43,565 nt of DNA from Planctomycetota bacterium. GTDB taxonomy: Bacteria; Planctomycetota; GCA-002687715; DRQF01. The stretch lies in the NCBI GenBank assembly GCA_036479435.1, contig JAZGFI010000267.1:1-43565 (forward strand), written 5' to 3'. Positions 35,195 to 43,565 of this stretch are shown piece after piece. The notes under the pieces are model-generated. The model was given only the letters and a program-made list of their open reading frames with translations, did no database searches and was not told where the DNA came from. Position 1 is the first letter of the stretch; each line of letters opens with the position of its first letter. Position numbers and translations under genes: made by a program.

Positions 35195-36322
35195 TTATCC
35201 AAGTCTCTCTCTTTGTTCACGGACGCTCTCGTTGGAAAAGACAATCGCCGGCCTCCCAGCGATATTGAGCACCAGCGCGATCCCCAAAACCGTCGTCAAT
35301 AGCGAGGTGCCGCCAACCGAGACCAAAGGCAAAGTCATTCCCGTCGTCGGGACAATACCGAGGTTCACGCCAACATGGACAAAACTCTGCGATGCGATGA
35401 GAGTGCCCACGCCGACACAAACCAAACGTGCGGCAGGATCGCGATTGAGCACCGCAGCTCGAAAAATCAGTTGCAACAACAACAAAATGAGCCCGAACAA
35501 GACGAGGCAGCCGATCAAGCCGGTCTCCTCCGCCACGACTGCGAAGATAAAATCATTCTGACGGTAGGGCAAGGCGTTCAACTGATTCTGCAGCCCCTCT
35601 CCGAGTCCCTGTCCCAAAAAACCGCCGATGCCGATGGAATGCAAAGATTGCTCAAGCTGATAGCCCTCCATCAAGCGGTCGGCGTCGGGGAGCCGACTTC
35701 GAAAGAAGGTCGAGAGAATTCGAGCCTGCTGGTAAGGCTTCAAGAAAAAGAGATACCCCACGAGCCCAAAGCAACCGGCGCTACCCAAAATGGCTCCCAT
35801 TTGGCGCAAGGGCAGCCCGGAACAAAAGAGCATCGCGAGCGCTACGGGGGCGAATAACAAAGCGGTGCCCAAATCCGGCTGCGAAAAAATTAGCATCGTC
35901 GGCACGACAAAGGCGATGCCGGGCATCAGCAAGTCGCGAGGGCGCGCGTCACGGCCGCGAAATCTCAGAAGCCGCGCCAAGGCCACGATGAAGGCAATTT
36001 TCATGAGTTCGGAAGGCTGGATACTGATCCCTAGTTCGAGCCAGCGTTTGCTGTTGTTGCGCACCACTCCGAAGATGGGAACAAGCATCAACAAAAAAAG
36101 TGCCCCACCGTAGCCCAGCCAAGCCCGCCGAATCCAAAAGCGGTAGGGAACCAAAGAGACGAGTGTTCCCGCCGCCAGAGCAATCAGAAACCATCGAGTC
36201 TGAATTTGGGCAAAGTGAATGCCCATCGAGTCGCCGATCGAAGACTGAATGAGGAGCCCGAAGACGATAAGGAGAGCCGTGGTGATCACGATTCCTGCCC
36301 TAAGGATCAAGGGGGGAAACAT
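35195..36322 (-). CDS. rodA: Rod shape-determining SEDS glycosyltransferase RodA
   Basis: KRWL, QPSELMK, QPDLGT, LKPYQ..RI, GYQ..QS, NDFIFAV.AEE.G and G.TLPLVS.GG.S motifs; follows pbp2 with a TGATG overlap. Confidence 0.94.
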   Translation of the reverse strand: MFPPLILRAGIVITTALLIVFGLLIQSSIGDSMGIHFAQIQTRWFLIALAAGTLVSLVPYRFWIRRAWLGYGGALFLLMLVPIFGVVRNNSKRWLELGISIQPSELMKIAFIVALARLLRFRGRDARPRDLLMPGIAFVVPTMLIFSQPDLGTALLFAPVALAMLFCSGLPLRQMGAILGSAGCFGLVGYLFFLKPYQQARILSTFFRSRLPDADRLMEGYQLEQSLHSIGIGGFLGQGLGEGLQNQLNALPYRQNDFIFAVVAEETGLIGCLVLFGLILLLLQLIFRAAVLNRDPAARLVCVGVGTLIASQSFVHVGVNLGIVPTTGMTLPLVSVGGTSLLTTVLGIALVLNIAGRPAIVFSNESVREQRERLG

Positions 36323-38976
36323 CAGCGCAATTCGTCCAAGACGGTCTTGACGATTTCCGCTGCGAAAGGCGCCACATCTTTACCGCGCTTGCTAGTGCGC
36401 ACACAGGTCACAGCGAAGGCAATCCGGGGACGATCCGCCGGGGCGAAGCCGGCGAACCAGGCCTGGTTGAAGGGTCTCCAGCGGCCGCCAAAACCATCGG
36501 CCGTTCCGGTCTTGCCGGCAATCTTATAGCGCGTCGATAGCGCTGGCGCGTAGTGCTTCGCAACGCGGGTCATGGCACGGGTGATGAGGCGCCAATTTGC
36601 GGAGCTGACCAACTCGTGACCACGGTAACGAACCGGATTTTCTTGATCCCCTTGGGACAAAACCAGACGCGGTTGGGCGCTTTTGCCGCGGCCGGCGAAG
36701 GACGCCATCATCGCCGCGATCTCTACCGGAGACATGGACATGGAGCCCTGCCCGATAACAGAGTTTTTGGCGGCATCGTGTTCTCGGACGACCGCGCGAC
36801 GGCGGCGTGCGCTCGATTTTGAGACCGAATGATCGATGCCCGAAAACATGCCGAAGGCTTCGAACCACGACAGGAGCTTTTTTTGTCCGAGCTCTTTGAC
36901 GTGATGCCAAAAGTAGGGGTTCGAGGAGAGGTAGAGCGCCCCCTCTAGATCAAGATCACGGCGTTTGTCCCAACAGTGAAACAACTGGTTGGGGTTCAGC
37001 GTGCCGGACTCCAACAAGGCCGCGGCCGAAAAGACCTTCATGACCGAGCCGGGCGGAGTCCACAGTGAGTCAGCTTCAAAGGCGCGGCTCCAAAAACCGA
37101 CCTCCTCAACTTCCCACTGCATTCTAAGGCTCAATTCGTCTCTCTCTTGAGATGACAAATCTGACTTCACTTCGTTGAAGGCGCGACGGGCACGATCCAA
37201 ACGGATCTGGTCTTCGTAGCGCTCAAAATAACCTTTGCCCTCAATGAGAGGCACGGAGCAAGCGCAAAGAATGTCACCCGTCGCCAGGTCGATCACCACC
37301 GCCCCACTCCCCAAGCGGCCGTCGAGTGCCTCGTCCATCCGTGCGAGAATGGCGTTGGAGCGACGCTGCAAGTCACTATCCAAACTAAGGACGACATCAT
37401 CACCGGCCACCGGCGCGCGGCTCGTTTCAAGCTCGCGAAAACTACCGTCGGGCTGCCGTTCACGGCGCACAACTCCGGGCCACCCCACAATGGTCCCGTC
37501 GATCAAGGCACCATTCGGGTCGTTCAAATCAACCTGCCGAGAGAGACTTGCTTCGAGTCCACCGATAACAGCACCTTTAGATGTCATGCGCCCCAAGAGC
37601 ATGGTGGCCAGACCCTCGGCTTCACCCGGGTAACGTCGGCCGAAACTGGCCCGAATGTCAAAACCGGCACGACGCAAACCAAAAGTCCTCCAGATGCGGT
37701 CCGCAACCTCAAAACTCAGACCTGAGCCAAGGTGATAGGGGATACCGCCTTTGAAGTGCTGAATACGTGTCCACTTCTTGTTGAAAGTGAGGTAGTCCGC
37801 TTCATTGTAGCCCGCTTTGGCCCGGGTAAGTCGACCCACCTCGCGCTCCAAACGGTCGGGACGTTTTGACCAAAGTCCGAGATGAAACGCGAGGACTCGC
37901 CGGCGAGCGTGCGGCAGACGGTCGAATGCTCGGCGGTCAGGGACGGATTCGAACTCGCGCAAGAGCCCTTCCTCGACGCTGCCGGGCAATCGTTTGTCGT
38001 CGCGTGCCCGGCGAAGACTCATCAATCGCGCCCACAGCAAATCGCTGTCGTCCACCGGGAGCCGCAGATCCTCCGCCAAGGCCTCGAGTTCGTCGTCATC
38101 GAGCTTCGATAAGTCATGAGTGCCGAATCGTTGCAGAGCAATGTGGTCGTCGACCGCCGCCATGATCTTTCGCTCTAGGCGCTCGCCAGCACGCCATTCC
38201 TGCGCGAAGAGCTGGTTTAAAAACGAGTCGCGGCTCTCGATATCGAGTTCTTCCGCCAACCACCCGAGCTCGGCCATCTCGTCATCAAGACCCTGCACGA
38301 CGCTGCGAACGTCGATTCCCAAGGCTTTCCCCAAGACTGATTCCCGCTCCAAGCGGTCCTGAACCCGAATCCGTGTCGCCAAAGCGGGATCGTCGGCGAG
38401 GATTACGAGAGCATCCAAGACGCGACGGCGAAGTCGAGAATTGGGTGGAATGACAAGTTCGCCTCGAGGAAAGAGCACCGGCTCCCAGCGACGAGAAAGA
38501 GCTTTTATGTCCGGAAGACAATTTTGGGTGGGCAACTTGAGAAGCGCCTCAAGCAATTCTTCGCGAGCCTCGTAGATCGTCAAGAATCGTCGTAACCGCG
38601 CTTCCACCACGTCGGCTTTCATTTGCGACTTGCGATCACAGAGCCCACGGCAGCGCTCGGGCAGCAGTGCCATTGCCAAGTCGCCCAGGGCGTCAACACG
38701 ATTGCGCTCGCGAAAGCGCACCGGATAGACCCGAAGATCCCAGGTCTCCACGGAAGTGGCGAGTTCAACACCGTTGCGATCCAAGATACGGCCGCGGGGC
38801 GCCGGCAAAAGGATGCTGAGCGTCCGACGGCTGCGGACCGCCTTTCGGTGATCGTCGGCCTCCGCAATTTGGACCTGCGCCAATCGAAGCGTGCCGATGC
38901 CGAAGGCCACCACGAAACCGAAGAACAAGACGGTGAGTCGTTTTTCAAAAGTAAGTTGGAGTGAACGGGCCGCCAT
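36322..38976 (-). CDS. mrdA: Class B penicillin-binding protein PBP2 with a large insertion (884 aa)
   Basis: TM helix, PAPRGRILDRNG, RRYP, GLE, G.DV.LSLD..LQ, PGSVMK (SxxK), SSN (SxN), KTGT and AWFAGFAP motifs. Confidence 0.92.
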   Translation of the reverse strand: MAARSLQLTFEKRLTVLFFGFVVAFGIGTLRLAQVQIAEADDHRKAVRSRRTLSILLPAPRGRILDRNGVELATSVETWDLRVYPVRFRERNRVDALGDLAMALLPERCRGLCDRKSQMKADVVEARLRRFLTIYEAREELLEALLKLPTQNCLPDIKALSRRWEPVLFPRGELVIPPNSRLRRRVLDALVILADDPALATRIRVQDRLERESVLGKALGIDVRSVVQGLDDEMAELGWLAEELDIESRDSFLNQLFAQEWRAGERLERKIMAAVDDHIALQRFGTHDLSKLDDDELEALAEDLRLPVDDSDLLWARLMSLRRARDDKRLPGSVEEGLLREFESVPDRRAFDRLPHARRRVLAFHLGLWSKRPDRLEREVGRLTRAKAGYNEADYLTFNKKWTRIQHFKGGIPYHLGSGLSFEVADRIWRTFGLRRAGFDIRASFGRRYPGEAEGLATMLLGRMTSKGAVIGGLEASLSRQVDLNDPNGALIDGTIVGWPGVVRRERQPDGSFRELETSRAPVAGDDVVLSLDSDLQRRSNAILARMDEALDGRLGSGAVVIDLATGDILCACSVPLIEGKGYFERYEDQIRLDRARRAFNEVKSDLSSQERDELSLRMQWEVEEVGFWSRAFEADSLWTPPGSVMKVFSAAALLESGTLNPNQLFHCWDKRRDLDLEGALYLSSNPYFWHHVKELGQKKLLSWFEAFGMFSGIDHSVSKSSARRRRAVVREHDAAKNSVIGQGSMSMSPVEIAAMMASFAGRGKSAQPRLVLSQGDQENPVRYRGHELVSSANWRLITRAMTRVAKHYAPALSTRYKIAGKTGTADGFGGRWRPFNQAWFAGFAPADRPRIAFAVTCVRTSKRGKDVAPFAAEIVKTVLDELR

Positions 38977-38979
38977 GCT

Positions 38980-39444
38980 TCAGAGCCTCTGCAAGAGGCG
39001 GCCCTTCCCAAAAAGCCGCAACACCACCAGAGTCAAGACCGCCGTCCCCAAAGCACGCAAAGTCAACTCGCCGAGGCCGCGAAAAAAGCCGAGTTCAACT
39101 TTGGCCACGCAGAATTCGACAAGTCCCGCCAAACCCGCGGCACCTGCCGCCACCGCAAACTGCGAAAGACCGCGATCCAAACGGGCGCTGCGCCGCCCGG
39201 TGCTGATCATCATGGCCGCCATCAAGAACGCCAACGGCTTCAGTCCCCAGGGCGTCGCGCTGAAAAGCCCAGCGGCCAAACCGAGGACTAATGCCAAGGT
39301 CAAGTCGCGGTGGCGTTCGGCGACGAGAGACGCGGCCAGGCAAAGAGCGAGCGCCGGATCTGGAATCCACCCGTCGCCCCAGCCGAAAGCAGCCAATCCG
39401 GACGCCGAGAAAGTGGCCAAGAGTCCAAAGGCAACAAAAGCCAT
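38980..39444 (-). CDS. mreD: Rod shape-determining protein MreD
   Basis: 154-aa polytopic hydrophobic protein with the PD..L and GL..G......P.G pattern; TGATG coupling to mreC; position in the operon. Confidence 0.75.
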   Translation of the reverse strand: MAFVAFGLLATFSASGLAAFGWGDGWIPDPALALCLAASLVAERHRDLTLALVLGLAAGLFSATPWGLKPLAFLMAAMMISTGRRSARLDRGLSQFAVAAGAAGLAGLVEFCVAKVELGFFRGLGELTLRALGTAVLTLVVLRLFGKGRLLQRL

Positions 39445-40652
39445 CAGCCCCCCCCCCGGCCCTTGCCCAAAAGTCGCTGACGCTCCGTGCGGTGGAGAAA
39501 ACGAAAAACTTCCAGACGGGTACCAAGACCGCAGGCCGCGAAAACTCCCATGGGGTCTTTGGCCAACAACAAACCTTCGGGTCCGAAAACGGGCCCCCTC
39601 AACCTTCGGGTGCGTGAGAATCTCAAGTGACGCCGTGGTTCTCCGCGCTGATCGCCGCCGGTTTCGAAAATTTGCCAGCGGCCATCTGGGCCACGGATGA
39701 GTGAAGCCAGAGTTGTAGGATCTAGGGGGCGGACTCGCGACGTCCCGCGGCCGGCCCAACTGACAACGCCCACGACGATTCCGTCCCGAACGACGAGATC
39801 CCCACTACCGAGGCCCTGGGAATTACCGCCGTCAATCAGCCAAGACCGCTCCGCAAAACTCGAGTCGCCAGCGGAGAGAATGCGCGTTGAGAAGCTCGAA
39901 AAGACGGCCTGCGGATTGACCCTGAATGGAGCGTCATCGGTCGTGCTCGCCAAACCAACCCGATCGATGGGCTGAGTTTGAGCTGCCAACTCAATTCCAA
40001 TTTCGCCGCTCTCTTGATCTTTCTTTACTCGGCCCACGAACAAAGAGGACCCCTTCAGATCGCGCCAAGCCAGGCCTCCCTGCGAACTCGTTTCCAAAGG
40101 GCGGCCTGCACTGGCCTTCGCAATGCGACTGCCTTCGCCGCTCAAGAGCACGGTCTGGAGTTGTCGCTCGCCGTCTTCGCTTAGTATCCGCGCTCCGTAG
40201 CGCGAACGCGGGTGCCCGGGAGTTCGAACCCGCGCCAGGTGTTCCTCGACACGATCCACAAACCCAAGAAAGACCCCCCGACCGTAAACCACCTGGCCAG
40301 GGCGAATACCGTCACGCCAGCCCGCGCCCAACAGAATCGTGCGCCGCTCCGGCAGCACTTCCAACAGGGGCACTGATTCGCCGGAAAAATGCCGCTCCGC
40401 GGCCAGTTCGGCGCGCATTCGTGGTAACTCCGAAGTTTCCGGGTGGTTTTGGATCACCATCAGCCAGGCTTCCGAGAGAGGGCTGGCTTCGTCGCCACGG
40501 GCCAGCGTTTGGATGGAGCCCCAGGGGCGGCTAAAAAAGCGCGCGAGCCCAAGACGCAATTGCTCTCGGAGGGATTCGGCATTCGCCGTTAGCCCCAATG
40601 CAAAAAGAGCGGCGATGACGGCGTGGATGACAAAGAGTCCTCCGCGTTTCAA
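39444..40652 (-). CDS. mreC: MreC-like protein with a duplicated beta-barrel domain
   Basis: N-terminal TM and two copies of the I..G...G...G..V...G..LG.V..V....SRVR motif; AAAGGAG RBS with TTG start; lies between mreB and mreD. Confidence 0.8.
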   Translation of the reverse strand: MKRGGLFVIHAVIAALFALGLTANAESLREQLRLGLARFFSRPWGSIQTLARGDEASPLSEAWLMVIQNHPETSELPRMRAELAAERHFSGESVPLLEVLPERRTILLGAGWRDGIRPGQVVYGRGVFLGFVDRVEEHLARVRTPGHPRSRYGARILSEDGERQLQTVLLSGEGSRIAKASAGRPLETSSQGGLAWRDLKGSSLFVGRVKKDQESGEIGIELAAQTQPIDRVGLASTTDDAPFRVNPQAVFSSFSTRILSAGDSSFAERSWLIDGGNSQGLGSGDLVVRDGIVVGVVSWAGRGTSRVRPLDPTTLASLIRGPDGRWQIFETGGDQRGEPRRHLRFSRTRRLRGPVFGPEGLLLAKDPMGVFAACGLGTRLEVFRFLHRTERQRLLGKGRGGG

Positions 40653-40749
40653 AGCAGCTCCTTTCCCGCGATCGTTCCTCTAAGAGGATGACCGTTGCTC
40701 GACCCCAAACTCAGTTCCAGTCCAGAACGGGCGTTCGGGCGTCGTGGTC

Positions 40750-41808
40750 CTAAAGGTCTTCCGCGCTCTCGAGGATCTCTTTCAAGATGTCGAGGTTTTC
40801 TAGAATGTGGCCTGTGCCTCGCGCCACTGCGGTCAAGGGATCAGCGGCGACGTGGCATTGCAAGTCGATCGCACTATGAATGCGACGGTCGAGGCCGCGC
40901 AAGAGCGCGCCGCCACCGCACAATGTCACCCCGCGATTCACGAGGTCTGCCGCGAGTTCCGGGTCGGTGCGTTCCAAGGTCCGCCGAATCGCCTGTAGGA
41001 TCGACTCGACCGGCTCTTTTAAGGCCTCGCGGATCTCGTCGGAACTCACGACGACGGAGCGCGGCAGGCCGTTACTAAGGTCCCGGCCGCGAACGGTCAT
41101 CTCGTACTCTTGGTCCATGGGGAAGGCAGAGCCGATGCAGATCTTGATCTTTTCCGCCATCTGAACGCCGATGAGAAGGTTGTGAATCTTCTTCATCCAA
41201 CTCGAAATGGCTTCGTCCATCTCGTCGCCGGCCACGCGGATACTCTCGGAGCAGGCTACGCCGGCCAAGGACATGACCGCGACTTCGGTGGTGCCACCGC
41301 CAATATCGACGATGAGACTTCCCGCCGCTTCGCGGATCGGCAAGCCGACCCCGATGCCAGCAGCCATCGGTTCGTCGATCAAAAACACGCGGCGCGCACC
41401 CGCGCGCTCGGCCGAGTTGATGACGGCCTGTTTTTCGACCGGGGTGATGCCCGAAGGGACCGCGATAACGACCTGCGGCGCGGCGAAGATCTTTCGGCCT
41501 CCCTGAACCTTGCAGATGAAGTAGCGCAGCATGGCTTCGGTGACTTCAAAGTCGGCGATCACGCCGTCCTTCAAGGGGCGGATGGCCTCGATGTTCGAGT
41601 GAGTCTTGCCGAGCATCTCTTTGGCCCGCTTGCCGACCGCCTCGCCGTCGAGCAAGACTTGGTTGGTGCCCTTGCGCACCGCCACGACCGAAGGCTCGGC
41701 GATGACGACGCCACGCCCTTGAACACAGACCAAGGTATTGGCCGTGCCGAGATCAATCCCCATGTCGATGGAAAAGACCCCAGCCATTTTGTCGATGAGA
41801 CCAAACAT
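40750..41808 (-). CDS. mreB: Actin-like rod shape-determining protein MreB
   Basis: MGIDLGTANT, EPSVVA, RPLKDGVIADF, EPMAAGIG, VDIGGGTTEVA and GGGALLRGLD motifs. Confidence 0.98.
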   Translation of the reverse strand: MFGLIDKMAGVFSIDMGIDLGTANTLVCVQGRGVVIAEPSVVAVRKGTNQVLLDGEAVGKRAKEMLGKTHSNIEAIRPLKDGVIADFEVTEAMLRYFICKVQGGRKIFAAPQVVIAVPSGITPVEKQAVINSAERAGARRVFLIDEPMAAGIGVGLPIREAAGSLIVDIGGGTTEVAVMSLAGVACSESIRVAGDEMDEAISSWMKKIHNLLIGVQMAEKIKICIGSAFPMDQEYEMTVRGRDLSNGLPRSVVVSSDEIREALKEPVESILQAIRRTLERTDPELAADLVNRGVTLCGGGALLRGLDRRIHSAIDLQCHVAADPLTAVARGTGHILENLDILKEILESAEDL

Positions 41809-42179
41809 AGTTTCCCGCGCCCCTTTGTTGCAGACCGCCCCCAGCGGCTCTTTGCGCCTTCATCCCCAGAAACCAAATTTGGGGCTAGACCGCCGTTTTC
41901 GGATCCCGACGAAGGGACCGTGCCATCGACCTACTCGACCCCATGTGGGTCTAGGCGATACGACGTAAGGGCAAAATTATCAGAAGAGGGATACACCCCG
42001 GAATCGGGGGAGAGCACCAACCACCACCTGCATAGTAGGCCCCTTTTTTTCAAATCGCCAGCGAGAACTGAAAACGGCGCTACGGGTTTGCCCAAACAAG
42101 GGAGTCTCGACGGCGGAAAACTAAAGCCGCGCGCGCCGGCAAAGTTGCCCAAGAGCCAATCCGCTAAGTAACTAGACGC

Positions 42180-42219
42180 AAAAAACCCGCCGACCGGACG
42201 TTGGTCCAGTTGGCGGGTT
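42180..42219 (-). terminator. Intrinsic terminator after the small membrane protein gene
   Basis: AACCCGCC.AC.GGAC / GTCC.GT.GGCGGGTT stem followed by a T run on the minus strand. Confidence 0.8.
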
Positions 42220-42240
42220 CGAATGATTTGCTGGTACTTC

Positions 42241-42411
42241 TTAGGCCATGGGGCCGTCGTTGAAGTGTACCGAGAGCGCGTGGAGCACCGTGAAAATCGC
42301 CGCCAAAAGGAGGATCGTCGTGGTGATGATGAGAGCACTCGTCAGTTCGAGAGCGTTGTCAACGACTTCGACTTCTTCGTCGTAGACGTCATCCATGTCT
42401 TCGTTAGCCAT
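42241..42411 (-). CDS. 56-aa single-pass membrane protein (not in the ORF track)
   Basis: MANEDMDDVYDEEVEVVDNALELTSALIITTTILLLAAIFTVLHALSVHFNDGPMA. GGGAG RBS, starts 17 nt after the upstream stop, and is followed by a terminator. Confidence 0.85.
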   Translation of the reverse strand: MANEDMDDVYDEEVEVVDNALELTSALIITTTILLLAAIFTVLHALSVHFNDGPMA

Positions 42412-42428
42412 GTTTCCGTGCTCCCGGT

Positions 42429-43271
42429 TTAGAGTTTCGTAGCGGTGTCGCCAGCGCGGGGCTGATGACCCGGCGAGGGGATGTAGACCGAACCGACGCT
42501 GCTGCCGACTTCGACGCGGCTGATGCGAACCGTACCGATGAAAGTGGTGCCGCGGACAATGTCGAACTCGTGGCCGTGGGCAATGCCATCGCTGCGGCCT
42601 TTGTTGATCTCAACCAACTGGGTGCCGACATCGAAGCGGACGACGGCGCCGTCGACCTTGGGCTGAGCCTTGGCTGCCGGCGCAGGATAGAGCTCCTGGT
42701 ACCTCTTCAGCATGGCGCTGAGCTTGCCGTTGTCGGCACTCGCCAACATGAGGTTATCCTTCAGCTTGGCGTTCACGGCGTCCATGGCGTCAGCCTTCAC
42801 GTTGGCTTCGGTCGCCACGGATTCGGCTTTGGCTTTGGCGGCCATCGCGTCAATACTCTGCTGGCGATAGGTGTCGACTTGACCCTTCAAGGTGTCGAGC
42901 GTGCCCTTTAGGCCTTCGAAGTTGTTCGTGAGGGTACTCATGTTGCCGCCAGCTTGCGTCAGCTGGCGCTCGGCACTCAACTTGCCGCGCTCTTCAGCGA
43001 CAAGGCGCGTTTCGAGGTTGCTCTTATCATTCTCGACGGCGGTCACGTTTTGCTTGGCCGAATTGAGATCGGTGCGCGACCCCGTGAGTTCGGTCTGCAG
43101 ATTCGTGATCTGACCGTTTAAGTCCCGTTTATTCGCTTCAGCGGTGGCCTCAACCTTGGCCAGCTCTTCCTTCCACTTGGTGTTTTGGTGAAGGAAGGTG
43201 GCGGCGGCGAGGAGAAACCCACCGGCGAGCAACAAGTTAATGACAACGAAAATGCGTGCGACAGCGTTCAT
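42429..43271 (-). CDS. Membrane-anchored coiled-coil protein with a C-terminal beta-barrel (MreC/FlgT-C-like motif)
   Basis: N-terminal TM helix, ~165-aa heptad region and VEINKGRSDGI..G..F.I.R....IG.VRI..V....SVG...GD motif; GGAG RBS. Confidence 0.88.
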   Translation of the reverse strand: MNAVARIFVVINLLLAGGFLLAAATFLHQNTKWKEELAKVEATAEANKRDLNGQITNLQTELTGSRTDLNSAKQNVTAVENDKSNLETRLVAEERGKLSAERQLTQAGGNMSTLTNNFEGLKGTLDTLKGQVDTYRQQSIDAMAAKAKAESVATEANVKADAMDAVNAKLKDNLMLASADNGKLSAMLKRYQELYPAPAAKAQPKVDGAVVRFDVGTQLVEINKGRSDGIAHGHEFDIVRGTTFIGTVRISRVEVGSSVGSVYIPSPGHQPRAGDTATKL

Positions 43272-43477
43272 TCGACTCCGTTCCCTTTTCGGGTCTACAC
43301 TTAGGTCGGGGACTCTACCGAGTTTCCCTCATCCTGCGTAGCCCTTGATCATCTGCTTTATTGGTCGAACTCCAGGGGCCCGGCTTAAGCCGAATTCCGC
43401 GGAGTCACGTGGGATAACGTGCGTTAACTATTTGGGCTACCCGGAATTTAGGGCATTGAGTCCCGATCCGGAAGTAC
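43272..43477 (-). ncRNA. Candidate structured RNA / long 5' leader
   Basis: About 205 nt between a consensus promoter and the ATG; nested long-range pairings form a rod with a central A-rich bubble. Confidence 0.4.
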
Positions 43478-43483
43478 GCCGCG

Positions 43484-43511
43484 ATTTTAGGTGGCAAGGT
43501 CCGTCTGTCAA
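43484..43511 (-). promoter_or_regulatory. Near-consensus sigma70 promoter
   Basis: Minus strand TTGACA-16 nt-TAAAAT. Confidence 0.75.
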
Positions 43512-43565
43512 GGAAGGTCTGGATTCCTGGCAAAACTCTTTGAATTCGGCCTCAGGGTCGTTTAG

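Noticed and set aside
39445..39759. Upstream extension of the mreD ORF
   Set aside because: It overlaps the mreC coding region, and TGATG coupling supports a start at 39444.
41110..42171. 353-aa + strand ORF opposite mreB
   Set aside because: Antisense shadow of a highly conserved gene.
41809..42179. Possible riboswitch or sigma54 promoter upstream of mreB (GGGCAAACC; TGGCACG)
   Set aside because: It lacks the rest of the c-di-GMP-I consensus and the -12 TTGC element.

Overview
This is a high-GC (roughly 60%) bacterial chromosomal window made up almost entirely of core genes. The organism is most likely a Planctomycetota/PVC member; this is inferred from the coaE-rho pairing, the LpxC-FabZ fusion, the HEAT-repeat and FGE-domain exported proteins, the ECF/anti-sigma pair and the long-tailed ribosomal proteins. 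In order, it holds rpsB; a lipid A/outer-membrane block (lpxB inverted, GnnA-like oxidoreductase, lpxA, lpxC-fabZ, skp, bamA); dnaB-rplI-rpsR-rpsF-pth-rplY-glmU-2x tRNA-Gln, lacking the usual ssb and prs; cinA; an unusually long tatC; a membrane-anchored coiled-coil/BRCT protein; coaE-rho; a DUF1858-recG-lipoprotein-HEAT unit; an FGE-domain protein; an XRE-cupin regulator; an ECF sigma/anti-sigma pair; an aspartokinase; and a complete but heavily remodelled mreB-mreC-mreD-pbp2-rodA cluster. The cluster is preceded by a coiled-coil protein and an unannotated 56-aa membrane peptide. I found no mobile element, CRISPR array or rRNA. The best novelty candidate is an envelope system: four copies of one MreC/FlgT-like beta-barrel motif occur here (two in a duplicated MreC, one in each of two anchored coiled-coil proteins, one of which carries an apparently exported BRCT domain). 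Both coiled-coil genes have long, structured, GGA-rich leaders, PBP2 has an insert of about 280 aa, and TatC is fused to a HEAT-cap-like domain. All family assignments are by eye from motifs; no searches were run.
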